DNA of 64,000 nucleotides from Thermodesulfobacteriota bacterium (GTDB taxonomy: Bacteria > Desulfobacterota_D > UBA1144 > Nemesobacterales > UBA2774). The stretch spans positions 131,205-195,204 of the forward strand of contig JAWKQD010000002.1 in the NCBI GenBank assembly GCA_041390285.1, given 5' to 3'. The position numbers were made by a program, and so were the translations under genes. The stretch's first letter is position 1. Each line of letters starts with the position of its first letter. The notes under the pieces were generated by a model. It was given only the letters and a program-made list of their open reading frames with translations. It had not been told where the DNA came from and ran no database searches. Below are positions 10,757 to 20,832 of the stretch, one piece after another.

Positions 10757-11824
10757 ATGCCTGGAATAGTATCTGCAGGGACCAGTGACGCTCCTTATGC
10801 GTACTCACAGACGGAGCTCAAGAAGCTTGCGCGCGCGCTCTTTCTCAAAAAGGGACGGGATTTCGGAAGGCTTCTCGACGTCTTCGAGAACTCCCTTATA
10901 GATTCCCGCCACTTTATAAATTCGGCCGAATGGTTCGAAACGCCGAAGAGCTTTAAGGAAAGGTCGATAACCTACGCCGAGAACGTAGCCGCGCTGTCGA
11001 TCCCGGCGATAAAAGCCTGCGTCGAAAGCGCCGGGGCCGGCCTCGGCGACTTCGATCACATTATCTTCGTCACCAGTACCGGCATCTCCGCCCCCTCGGC
11101 CGACGCCCTCATACTGAATCAGCTCGGGCTCGACAGGCACGTCAAACGAACCCCTATCTGGGGGCTCGGGTGCGCCGGCGGCGCCGCGGGCATGAGCAGG
11201 GCGTTCGAGTACGCCAGGGCATTTCCCGAAAGCGCCGTCCTTCTCGTGGCGGCCGAGATGTGCAGCCTCGCCTTTCACGACGACGATTACTCGAAGAGTA
11301 ACGTCGTCTCGCTCGCCCTCTTCTCCAGACGGGGCGGCGGCCGTGCTCGTCGCGGGCGAGAAGCACCGCCTCTACGGAAAATCGAAGGTGCGCATGACTC
11401 GCACCCTTTCGACCACCTGGCCCGACACGCTGGGCATAATGGGCTGGGAGGTCGTTGACGACGGCCTCAGGGCCATATTCAGTAAGGAGATACCGAGCAT
11501 AGTCAGGAGCAGGATCAGGGAGAATTTGGACGAGCTTCTGGGCACGACTGGTGTTTCTGTTTCGAGCCTCGGCCACTTCGCGGTCCACCCTGGCGGGCCC
11601 AAGGTGCTTAGCGAATACGAGACGGCGCTCGGGCTCGGAGGAAGGCGCTTTCGAATATTCGAGGAAGGTCCTTCGTGAGCACGGCAACATGTCTTTCCCT
11701 GACGGTACTCTACGTCTTAAAAGAGATCCTCGACGGAGAGGATTTCAAGGAAAAGGAGTACGGCGTTATATCGGCCCTCGGCCCGGGGTTCAGCTCCGAG
11801 CTCGTACTTTTCGAATCCGCATGA
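10757..11824 (+). pseudogene. Type III polyketide synthase (chalcone/stilbene synthase family), about 3 frame changes as sequenced
   Basis: Catalytic triad motifs are all present but spread over frames: Cys in WGLGCAGGAAG (ORF 10757-11458), His in FAVHPGGPKVL (ORF 11343-11678), Asn in REHGNMS(SPTVLYVL). The C-terminus reads ..ISALGPGFSSELVLFESA. Shifts lie near 11325, 11640 and 11697. Confidence 0.8.
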
Positions 11825-12332
11825 AGATATTCCTCCTGTTCCTCACATTCGTGATCCTCCAGCGGCTCAGCGAGCTCATGCTCGCGAAGAGAAACGAGAG
11901 GACAGCGGCAGCGAAGGCGCTGTCGAATACGACGCCGGAGGCTACAGGGTCATCGTCCTCATGCACACGGCGTTCCTCGTATCGTTCGTGGCGGAGTATT
12001 TCCTCCTCGGAAGGTCGCTCTCGCCCTACTGGCTCCCTCTCCTATGTGTTTTCGTCGCTGCACAGCTCCTTCGGTACTGGGCCATACGGAGCCTCGGGAA
12101 ATTCTGGAATACGAGGATTCTGATAGTGCCCGGCGAGAGGCTCGTCACGAAGGGCCCCTACAAGTATCTAAGGCATCCAAACTACGTATCGGTTGTGATA
12201 GAAATTGCGGTCATACCGCTTATCTTCTCTTGCTACATCACGGCGGCGGTATTCACCGTGCTTAACCTGCTCGCTCTCAGAAGACGGATAGGCATAGAAG
12301 AGAGCGCCCTTTCGAGCCTCGATAAACCCTAA
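11821..12332 (+). pseudogene. Isoprenylcysteine carboxyl methyltransferase (ICMT)-like membrane methyltransferase, one frame change as sequenced
   Basis: ATGA overlap with the PKS stop. N-terminus MKIFLLFLTFVILQRLSELMLAKRNE, then ORF 11961-12332 with GPYKYLRHPNYVSVVIE (ICMT/PEMT-type motif). Shift near 11910. Confidence 0.75.
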
Positions 12333-13160
12333 CAATCCCGTTTCAGATAACGACTCCGTGGTATGCGCTGGACGTCCTTAACGGGCGATTTTTTCTATGG
12401 GAAATACCCGTTATATATGCGCCCTAAAAGATAAAACATATATACCTTATAGCTTTGATATGGGGTTGATTGAGGATGGAATTATAGCCCGAATATACGT
12501 TCTATGCTTTTGCTGCCGTTTTGGGCCTATTTTTCCTTTAAGTTTTTCGCAAAAACCTATACTTTACATTAGGGGGCACTTATCTTGTAATTACAGAGGG
12601 TTATTCTGAGGACCTGTTTTCCGTCTTTAAAATCAAAACCGGGAAATATTCAAACATAAAGAAGCGCAAAAACAGTTAACTACAACACTTAAGTTATTTA
12701 TTGCTGTTGTTGCAAGGTATTACAACCACTGTTTAATGTATTTTATGATATTGTTTCCACCTCTAAGGTTCCACATTAGCTACCCTAAAGCCACATTTCA
12801 AGGATCTTCAAGTGTTGTATAAGATATGCCCTAGCCGTCGGTAATAATAGCAATAAGAGATATTATATATATTTATAATATGCATTGTGTCCTACAAATA
12901 CTCTTGGAAGTGATACTTACTCGACCAGGGTTTGAGTAAAACTCCACCCCGGCCCTGCCAATAACCCAACCGTTCCCTTTCAATTCAGGATTTGCACAAG
13001 CAGGATTGGTGTCGAGAACCCGTGAACGGAGCGACTTCCAATGTATTTGCAAGACAAAATACAGGGACTCCCCCAAGATATTCCGGACGATCGGGTCACT
13101 TGAACATAGACGCCGAAATAATATAGACTCTATTCAAGAACTGCTTTCGGGGAGGCACCT

Positions 13161-13598
13161 ATGCTGAGGGCCATATTTCGGACAGACGACGATGCAAGCG
13201 CTCTTGTGGCAAGGCTTGCACTGGGTATCGTGATTCTTCCTCACGGGCTCCAAAAACTGCTCGATGTTCGGCGGTGCCGGCTTTTACGGCAACCGTTGAT
13301 TATTTCGTCAGCAGCGGACTGCCTGCCTTCCTCGCGGTTCTGATTATCATAGGCGAAGCCCTCGGGTCCCTGGGGCTTATTCTGGGTTCTCAGCCGCGTG
13401 GCGGCACTCGGGATCACTATTATCATGCTAGGCGCCATCTTAACTGTGCATATAAAATTCGGGTTCTTCATGAATTGGACGGGGACACAGGCGGGTGAAG
13501 GGTTCGAATTCCACATCCTGGCCATAGGGCTCGCCCTCGTCGTTCTTATTAAAGGCGGAGGGCTGTGGTCCGTGGACGCCTCTATAACAAAGTCCTGA
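13161..13598 (+). pseudogene. DoxX family membrane protein, two frame changes as sequenced
   Basis: Three pieces in different frames: [19 protein letters not shown] / [32 protein letters not shown] / [52 protein letters not shown]. Confidence 0.75.
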
Positions 13599-13734
13599 CA
13601 ACATGTACGGTCTACCCCCGGCCTGTATCGACTAAATCACGCGGGAAACGCTTTTCCGCTTTATTGACAGGGGCGTGAGATTGTGGCATATACATGCGAG
13701 CTAATAGCCGATAATTTGATTTTCTTCGAGCTAT

Positions 13735-13756
13735 AAATTAGAATAATTTCTAATTT
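13735..13756. promoter_or_regulatory. Perfect 9-4-9 inverted repeat AAATTAGAA-TAAT-TTCTAATTT, candidate ArsR-type operator
   Basis: Read directly from the sequence. It lies about 33 bp upstream of the ATG of the second ArsR gene (13789) in an AT-rich promoter region. Confidence 0.5.
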
Positions 13757-13788
13757 AGCCAATCCGGAATTACGAGGGGGATGTATAT

Positions 13789-14049
13789 ATGGGATGCAGC
13801 TTTAAAGCATTGAGCGACGAGCGCAGGCGTACGATTCTCGCCATACTTGGCGAGCATGACGCATCCGCCGGTGAGATAGCACGCAGATTTTCTATCTCGC
13901 AGCCAACAGTTTCGAATCATTTGAAGATACTCAAGGAAGCAGGACTCATCACAGAGCAGAAGATCAGACAGAACAGGATTTATTCCCTCCACAAGCCCGG
14001 CATCTACAGTGTGATAGAGACTCTTAAAAGCATAGTCAAAGAAGCCTAA
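13789..14049 (+). CDS. ArsR/SmtB family transcriptional regulator (paralogue 2)
   Basis: 86 aa: MGCSFKALSDERRRTILAIL..AGEIARRFSISQPTVSNHLKILKEAGLITEQKIRQNRIYSL. Clear paralogue of the 10299-10577 product. Confidence 0.85.
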   Translation: MGCSFKALSDERRRTILAILGEHDASAGEIARRFSISQPTVSNHLKILKEAGLITEQKIRQNRIYSLHKPGIYSVIETLKSIVKEA

Positions 14050-14254
14050 AGCGTTTCAGACTGCCTGCGGACAAGTCATCACTATGAACGGCAAAATCGC
14101 ATAAGCGGTTTTGCCATGTGGTGTTTTGTGCCTTTTCGTCCCCAATTCCGTGAGTGTAAACTTCTCCTCCACAGCTGCGCCTGTTGCGCGGGGCGTTTCT
14201 AAAGTAACGGCTGTTGAGTTATACTGATACAGCCAAAACAACCGGGACAAAGCC

Positions 14255-15424
14255 ATGATAGATAAAAACAGAATGACAGAGCATGCAATGGAGCTCATCA
14301 GGATAGACAGCCTTTCCAGGATGGAAAGGGAGGTCGCACTCAGGCTCGAAAAGGAGATGAAGGAGCTCGGCGCCGAATGCTTCTACGACGATGCCGCGGA
14401 AATGGTCGGCGGTAACGTGGGGAACCTGATAGTCAAGCTGGAGGGCAACAAGAACGGGGCCCCTCCCCTCCTTCTATCCGCACACATGGACACTGTCGGG
14501 CCCGGCGAGGGTATAAAACCCCGCGTCGAGAACGGCGTTATGAAAAGCGACGGGACCACAATCCTGGGGAGCGACGACAAGAGCGGGATCGCCGTCATCG
14601 TCGAAGTCCTGAGAACGCTCAAGGAAAAAAACATCCCCCACGGCGATATAGAAATCGCGTTTACAATTTGTGAGGAAATCGGCCTACTCGGTGCAAAACA
14701 CATAGACATAAAAAAATTCAAATCGAAACACGGCATTGTCCTCGACAGCAGCACACCGGCGAGGCTCGTGCTCAAATGCCCATCGGCGGCGAAGATGGAA
14801 TTCTTCGTCCATGGGCTCGAGGCGCACGCAGGGCTTTGCCCCGAAGACGGCATAAGCGCTATTGAGATCGCGAGCCGCGCCATAGCGCAGATGAGGCTTG
14901 GGCGTATAGACGATATTACGACCGCGAACATCGGAATAATCGAGGGCGGCCGGGCGACGAATATAATCCCTAACCTCGTTCACGTCGTAGGAGAGGCCAG
15001 GAGCCACAGCGAAGAGAAGCTCGATTTCCAGGTCAGCCACATGAGAGGGTGTTTTCACGATACGGTTTCCAGGTACGAGGTCACACTTCACGACGGCCTT
15101 TCGGCCGACGGCATTACGTATACCGCGAGGCTAGACGAGAAGATCGAAAGAACTTACGACAGGATGGACGTCCCCATCACGTCGATCCCGGCCAGGCTCG
15201 TGACGGACGCCGTGAATAACCTCGGATACTCGATAGCCCCCCACACGAGCGGCGGCGGATGCGACGCAAATTTCTTTAACAAAATGGGCGTTGAGTGCGT
15301 AAACCTGGGGACGGGCATGTACGAGCTCCACACCGTAAACGAGCACCTCGTGCTCGATGAATTCTACAGGGCCGCCGAGATAGTGCTCGAAGCCGTCAGG
15401 CTCAACACCGTAAACGGCGGGTAG
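14255..15424 (+). CDS. M20 family metallopeptidase (tripeptidase PepT-like)
   Basis: 389 aa with motifs LLSAHMDTV, GSDDKSGIAV, CEEIGLLGA, GGCDAN. Confidence 0.8.
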   Translation: MIDKNRMTEHAMELIRIDSLSRMEREVALRLEKEMKELGAECFYDDAAEMVGGNVGNLIVKLEGNKNGAPPLLLSAHMDTVGPGEGIKPRVENGVMKSDGTTILGSDDKSGIAVIVEVLRTLKEKNIPHGDIEIAFTICEEIGLLGAKHIDIKKFKSKHGIVLDSSTPARLVLKCPSAAKMEFFVHGLEAHAGLCPEDGISAIEIASRAIAQMRLGRIDDITTANIGIIEGGRATNIIPNLVHVVGEARSHSEEKLDFQVSHMRGCFHDTVSRYEVTLHDGLSADGITYTARLDEKIERTYDRMDVPITSIPARLVTDAVNNLGYSIAPHTSGGGCDANFFNKMGVECVNLGTGMYELHTVNEHLVLDEFYRAAEIVLEAVRLNTVNGG

Positions 15425-15475
15425 CGCCCGCACTGCTTATCCGTCCGGCCGGCCCCTCGGACACCCGAAGGAAAA

Positions 15476-15844
15476 ATGAACAGAAAAGCGCTCATAATCG
15501 TGGATCACGGGAGCACCGTAGGCGAAGCCAACGACATGCTGGCCGAGGTCGCCCGTCTCGTGGAGTCGAAGGAAAGCGGTTTCGATATAGTGAAATACTG
15601 CCATATGGAGCTGGCCGAACCCACGATAGAACAGGCCTTCGACGCCTGCGTCGAAGAAGGCGCCGGGAGCGTCGTGGTCCATCCGTATTTCCTCTCGCCG
15701 GGGAGGCATTCCACGAGGGACATCCCCGCAATGGTAAAAGCGGCGGCGAAAAAGCACCCTGGAGTTACCTACAGGGTCACCGAGCCCCTCGGTGTGCACG
15801 GCAAGATCATAGAGGTCATCCTCGAAAGGTCCGGAGAGGATTAG
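15476..15844 (+). CDS. cbiX: Small CbiX-type sirohydrochlorin chelatase
   Basis: 122 aa: ALIIVDHGS......VVVHPYFLSPGRHSTRDIP, the single-domain CbiX(S)/SirB pattern. Confidence 0.8.
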   Translation: MNRKALIIVDHGSTVGEANDMLAEVARLVESKESGFDIVKYCHMELAEPTIEQAFDACVEEGAGSVVVHPYFLSPGRHSTRDIPAMVKAAAKKHPGVTYRVTEPLGVHGKIIEVILERSGED

Positions 15845-15884
15845 GGCCCGGCCGATCACAGGAAGACCGCCCGACGGAGATTTC

Positions 15885-16639
15885 ATGCGAAAAAATACGA
15901 CGTACTTTTCTTCGACCTTTTCGATACGGTCATAAACTTCAGCTTCACGAACCTCCCCTCATCGAGCTAAGCGGCGTACGGGCAAGGACGACCAGTAAAG
16001 AAGTATACGAAGTATTCCGAAGGCTCCATCCCGATGTGCCGTTTCCTGAGTTCTACGATCATTTCATATCGAGCTACAGGGAGTTTCAGGATTTAAAGCT
16101 CGCCGAGAACAGGGAATATCCCAACCGCGACAGGTTCCTCATGATGCTTTCGGATATGGATCTGGCCGGCGGCGGGGACGCTCCGGAACTCGCCGACGAT
16201 ATGGTCAAGGCCCATATGAACGGGCTCGCATCTGCCGTCTCGTTCCCTCCAGAAAACGAATCGGCGCTTTCAGCCCTAAGGGACGCAAAGTACAGAATGG
16301 CGATAGTGTCCAACTTCGACTATGCCCCGACAGCCTATTCCCTCATAGAGAAATTCGGGCTGATGAGGTTCTTCGAGAAGGTGATCATATCGGAAGAGGT
16401 CGGCTGGAGGAAGCCCAGCCCGGTTATATTCGAGGATGCCCTCAGCCATGGGCGCCGATCCCGGCGCGTCGCTCTTTACGGGCGATAATTTTCACGCCGA
16501 CGTCGCCGGGTCGAAGAACGCCGGCATGGATTCCGTCTGGCTTAACAGCCGGGACGAAAGCCCCGAGGGACTCGACCCCGAGCCCGATTACATAATCCCC
16601 GCCTTTCCCGGCGTGCTCGAAGTGCTCGGGCAATCCTGA
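15885..16639 (+). pseudogene. HAD superfamily hydrolase (subfamily IA-like), two frame changes as sequenced
   Basis: MRKKYDVLFFDLFDTVINF (motif I), IVSNFDY (motif II), GDNFHADVAGSKNAGMDSVWL (motif IV), spread over three frames. Shifts near 15955 and 16440. Confidence 0.75.
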
Positions 16640-16680
16640 TCCATTTGATTGTGTAGTAACCGGTTCTCAGTGCACTGGTG

Positions 16681-16713
16681 CGCCCCCCATTCCCGGGAAG
16701 GGAATGAGGGGCG
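16681..16713. terminator. Long GC-rich hairpin between convergent genes (possible bidirectional terminator)
   Basis: CGCCCCCCATTCCC-GGGAA-GGGAATGAGGGGCG, a 14-bp stem with one mismatch. There is no clear U-tract on either strand, so this is tentative. Confidence 0.3.
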
Positions 16714-16872
16714 TTAAATCCAGTACTTCAGTGTTTTTAGCCTGCCACTTCGATCTCCTGCACGCACGCTTTACGACGAAGCGGCGGACAGAACAACACC
16801 GTGCCATCCGCACCGGAGGCTGTTACCGCACCGCCTCCGCTATGCCGATTGCCTGCGGACGCTGTCCGCGTG

Positions 16873-18324
16873 CTATTCGACCTTGAGGTCAAAGTCGTAC
16901 TTGTTGGCCGACGTCTTGGCAGGCGCAGCTCCCGGCTCGACGAGTACATATACGACTTCCTGATCCTCGGGCGCAGTCCAGTCGATCCTCACGATCGCGC
17001 CTGCGTTGGCCGAGCCTTTCTGTACCTGCCTCACCCTGTCCTGGTCGAAAATCGTTATTCTGAACCCGGTTTCGGTCTCTGGGGTAAGCTTAATGCTGAG
17101 CTTCTGCTCCGCTGTCATCGGGATGGTGTAATAGTCCTTCTCGTCGCTTCCCCACGGGCCCGACAGATAACCGGTATGCTTCCCCGGCTCTATTTCCAGC
17201 GTATCGTCGAATGTAGAACCGGCATCCTTCCCGCTGCCGATGTCGAAATTGTCATCGATCTTTATCGAATAGGAAGTCCCCTCGTCGATAGTATCGTATT
17301 CGTTTCCTGCGCTGACGTAATAGGTATACTCATCCTCTCCCGAGGCAGGCATCCAGCTTATCGTCTTCTGAACGCTCTTGCCGCCTATTATGGCGTCCTT
17401 AAGGAGCTGGTTTCCGCCCTGGTCGAAAATCGCCGCCCCGGCGTAACCATTGCCGTCGTCCGAAGTCCTGAACGTGACACTCAGCGTCTGGCCGGGCTTC
17501 ACCGTTACGGCGAAGTATTCATGGGCGTCCTTTCCTATCCCGTGGCCGGTCACGTAATCTCCGGGCTCGAGCGCGACGGCGCTGTCCGTCTTGTCGCCGC
17601 CAGTCGGAAGTATGTTATCCTTCGGCTCCTCTACCACTTTCTTTACTACGACCTCCTGCTCCACTTCGGCAAGCGCCTCTTCGAGCTGTGCGGTGCTGTC
17701 GGCGGCGAAATACTTTCCTCCGCCTGCCTCGGCAATGCAGCTCAGCTGCTCCTTCTCCTTGTCGCCGACGTCGAACCCGACGACGTGCACCTTAACGTTA
17801 ATGCCCTTCTCTTTCAGGCTCTTCACCAGCGCGCACGGGTCGCCCTCGCACGTCTCCTCGCCGTCGCTTACGAGCACGACGGTCGTCTCGTCCTCCATTG
17901 CGGCGAGCTTCTCGCCCGCTATCTCGAACGATTTGGTTATGGGGGTTTTGCCCATCGGCTTTATCGAATTTATTTTCTCTATGAGAGCCGCTTTATCCGT
18001 CGGCCCGACCTCGGCCAGCGTCTCGATGTCGTCGCAGTCGCCCTTGCTCCTGTGCCCGTAAACCTCAAGCCCTATGTTCACGTCGTCCGGAAGCCCCTTT
18101 ATCGCGTTAATCATGACCTCCTTGGCGATATCCATCTTGGGCTTGCCGTCTATCTGCCCGGCCATGCTGCCCGAGCCGTCGAGTATGAACAGAACTCCGC
18201 CGCCCCCGGTGGAGGCCTCTTCGGACTGTGCCCACGTTTCCACGCCCGTAACCGGGCTAAGTAAAAATACCGCCGCGACTACCAACCATGCGGCGAGCCT
18301 TGTGCATCCCTTATGTGTAATCAT
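16873..18324 (-). CDS. Secreted von Willebrand factor type A (vWA) domain protein with C-terminal beta-rich domains
   Basis: Signal peptide, then MIDAS motif LFILDGSGSM and VVLVSDGEETC. Start set at the internal ATG at 18324, preceded by GGAGGGA; the ORF track begins at 18366. Confidence 0.8.
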   Translation of the reverse strand: MITHKGCTRLAAWLVVAAVFLLSPVTGVETWAQSEEASTGGGGVLFILDGSGSMAGQIDGKPKMDIAKEVMINAIKGLPDDVNIGLEVYGHRSKGDCDDIETLAEVGPTDKAALIEKINSIKPMGKTPITKSFEIAGEKLAAMEDETTVVLVSDGEETCEGDPCALVKSLKEKGINVKVHVVGFDVGDKEKEQLSCIAEAGGGKYFAADSTAQLEEALAEVEQEVVVKKVVEEPKDNILPTGGDKTDSAVALEPGDYVTGHGIGKDAHEYFAVTVKPGQTLSVTFRTSDDGNGYAGAAIFDQGGNQLLKDAIIGGKSVQKTISWMPASGEDEYTYYVSAGNEYDTIDEGTSYSIKIDDNFDIGSGKDAGSTFDDTLEIEPGKHTGYLSGPWGSDEKDYYTIPMTAEQKLSIKLTPETETGFRITIFDQDRVRQVQKGSANAGAIVRIDWTAPEDQEVVYVLVEPGAAPAKTSANKYDFDLKVE

Positions 18325-18610
18325 TAACCATCCCTCCATTTCATTTAATAACAGTACTTTATACACGAGGTATAAGTATTTTTCACTGCGATGTCAAGCA
18401 ATATTTCGTTATTTATCGAGTGATTTAAGGCCGTTGGCCGGTTTATTTAATCTTGCGGCTATGTCTCACATGCCCCGTCCCGTTTTTCCTGCGACACCAC
18501 CGGGCAATTTTTTTCATGTTCTTGGATTCGATTTCGGCGACTTATATAATTCATAAGCTCCGCCCCGTTGGGCAAACAACCAGGGGCCTGGGGCAAGGAG
18601 CCGAGAGAGC

Positions 18611-18938
18611 ATGATAACTGTATTTCTACTTGTGCTTTCCAATATCTTTATGACCGTCGCCTGGTATGGTCACCTAAAATACACGAACTTCCCGCTCTGG
18701 ACCGTGATAATTGCGAGCTGGCTCATAGCCCTCCCCGAATACTGCTTTCAGGTCCCGGCCAACCGGCTCGGCTACGGTCAGTTTTCTGGCGTCGAGCTGA
18801 AAACCATCCAGGAGATAATCTCGCTCACCGTCTTTTTCGGTCTTCAGCGTCCTCTATCTGAACGAGCAGTTCAGATGGAATTACCTCGTCGGGTTCGCGT
18901 TCCTCGTCGTCGGGGCGTTTTTCATTTTCAGGAAATGA
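18611..18938 (+). pseudogene. DMT-superfamily small membrane protein (DUF486 type), one frame change as sequenced
   Basis: LLVLSNIFMTVAWYGHLKY..SWLIALPEYCFQVPANRLGY..LKTIQEIISLTVFF, then after a shift near 18838 ..FSVLYLNEQFRWNYLVGFAFLVVGAFFIFRK. Confidence 0.65.
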
Positions 18939-18954
18939 CGATATTCTGACAACC

Positions 18955-20639
18955 ATGGCTAAATACACGAGGCCCGCACGAAAGGTTCCCGTACTAGGGA
19001 CAGCCTCGGGATCGGAACCCTCCCCGAGCTCATCGGCAGGAGCGTGGACATGTATCCCGAACGCACGGCATACGCCATGCCCGCCGCCGGGGGCGGGGTT
19101 TCGGGAGATTTCCTACGCGAGGGTCTTCGAGCTCGTCACGAAGCTCGCGAGACATTTGAAAGAGCTCGGTATAGAAAAGGAGACCACGTCGCCATACTCG
19201 GCGAGAACCGGCCCGAGTGGGGAATATCCTCTTCGCCCTGTCGTGGATCGGCGCCGTCGCCGTGCCGCTCGACGCAAGGGCCCCCATCGAGAGCCATAAA
19301 TTCATAATGTCGTTCTCGTCATGCAAGGCGCTCATAGCCTCGGGAGGGTTCACGGCGGGAATAGAAGCCGTAAGACACGAGCTCCTGGGTTAAGGCACAT
19401 TATCCCCATGGAATCCATAGAAGCCCTGTCAGGCAAATACGCGCACGGGGCGGCGCTGGAGAACGTCACCCGCGGCGACCTTCTCGAAATACTCTTCACC
19501 TCCGGGACCATGGGCGACCCTAAAGGCGTCATGCTCACGCACGGGAACATCATCTCGAACGTAGACGACATACACAGGACCATAGAGTACTTCCCCACCG
19601 ACAGGGCATTTCCATACTCCCGATCCATCACTCGTACGAATGCACGGGCGGGCTGATTACGACCTTCGGAAGCGGAATGAGCGTATTCTACGCGCGCGGG
19701 CTTAAGCCGAGGGAGCTACTTGAAGACATGATATCCACCCGGCCTACGATATGGCTGACCGCTCCGCTCATCCTCGAAAAGCTCTACCTTAGAATCCGGA
19801 GGGAGATAGCCCAGCAAACCGGGCTCAAGCGCATTGCGGCCGGAATCATGCCGCGTCAGATCCTCCAGCGCAAGATACGAAAGAGCCTCGGCCTCGACCA
19901 GATACGCATGATAGTCTCGGGTGGCGCCGCCCTCCCGGATTGGGTGTCTGCCGGTCTCTCCGAATACGGCATCGACGTGATACAGGGGTACGGGCTCTCC
20001 GAGGCGTCGCCGCTCATAACGGTGAACCCCCTCTCTCGTCCGAAGCCCGGCAGCATAGGCATGGTCATTCCCAGCGACGAGGTTGAAATACGGGATGTGA
20101 GCGCCGAGGGGGTGGGAGAAATCACGGCGCACGGCCCGAACATAATGCTGGGCTATTACAAAAACCCGGGCGCTACAGGGGAAACACTCACCGAAGACGG
20201 GTGGCTCCTCACGGGCGACCTCGGATACTGCGACGAGGACGGGTACCTCTACATCACCGGCCGGAAGAAGGCCGTCATCGTGACCCCGGGCGGGAAGAAC
20301 GTCCATCCGGAGGAGATCGAAGAGAAGCTAACGAAATCGCCGCTCATTGAAGAAGCGCTCGTGTTCAGCCCCGACGATTCGGACATACACGCCGTAATAT
20401 ACCCCGCGTTCGAGGAGGCCGGGCGGAGGCTCGCGTCGAAGGGCCTGGCCGGGACGCACGAAAATGTATGGGAGCTACTCCGGGATGAAGTCCGTCTGGC
20501 GAACGCCGGGCTCGAGCCATACAAGAGGGTCAGGCATTTCGCCATAAGGACCGAGGAGTTCCCGAAAACCACCACGCGCAAAATAAGACGCTATCTTTTC
20601 AAGGACTTAAGACTCACACCGGACACCAGGATTCTCTGA
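18955..20639 (+). pseudogene. Long-chain acyl-CoA synthetase (AMP-forming ligase). The 5' 700 bp has several frame changes; the 3' 963 bp is intact.
   Basis: Pieces read LPELIGRSVDMYPERTAYAM / GDHVAILGENRPEWG / WIGAVAVPLD / AMP-binding motif LFTSGTMGDPKGVMLTHGN, then ORF 19677-20639 with GYGLSEASP, TGDLGYCDEDGYLYITGRKK, KTTTRKIRR. Confidence 0.8.
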
Positions 20640-20832
20640 CCCCCGGCACCGAAAATTAATATACCGGATAGCCGAAATATAAGTTTGACATTATAATAAT
20701 GGCTGGCTGATTCGGCGTAAATCTTATTCACAGCGGCGTAAATATCAGCTAATATTAATTTTACGGGGTTATAAAATCACTTTGCACAAGTGGTCTGATT
20801 TATACAGGCAGTCATTTTTAAAGGATAAAAAG

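Noticed and set aside
12873-13076. 67-aa minus-strand ORF, and the 70-aa ORF at 12397-12609, in the AT-rich spacer
   Set aside because: Neither has an RBS. The amino-acid composition is driven by AT-rich sequence, and no family resemblance was found. Treated as non-coding.
16801-18264. 487-aa plus-strand ORF
   Set aside because: It lies exactly antisense to the vWA gene, which has a signal peptide and the MIDAS motif DGSGSM. The product is Arg/Leu/Val-rich with no motifs. This is a typical shadow ORF of a GC-rich gene.
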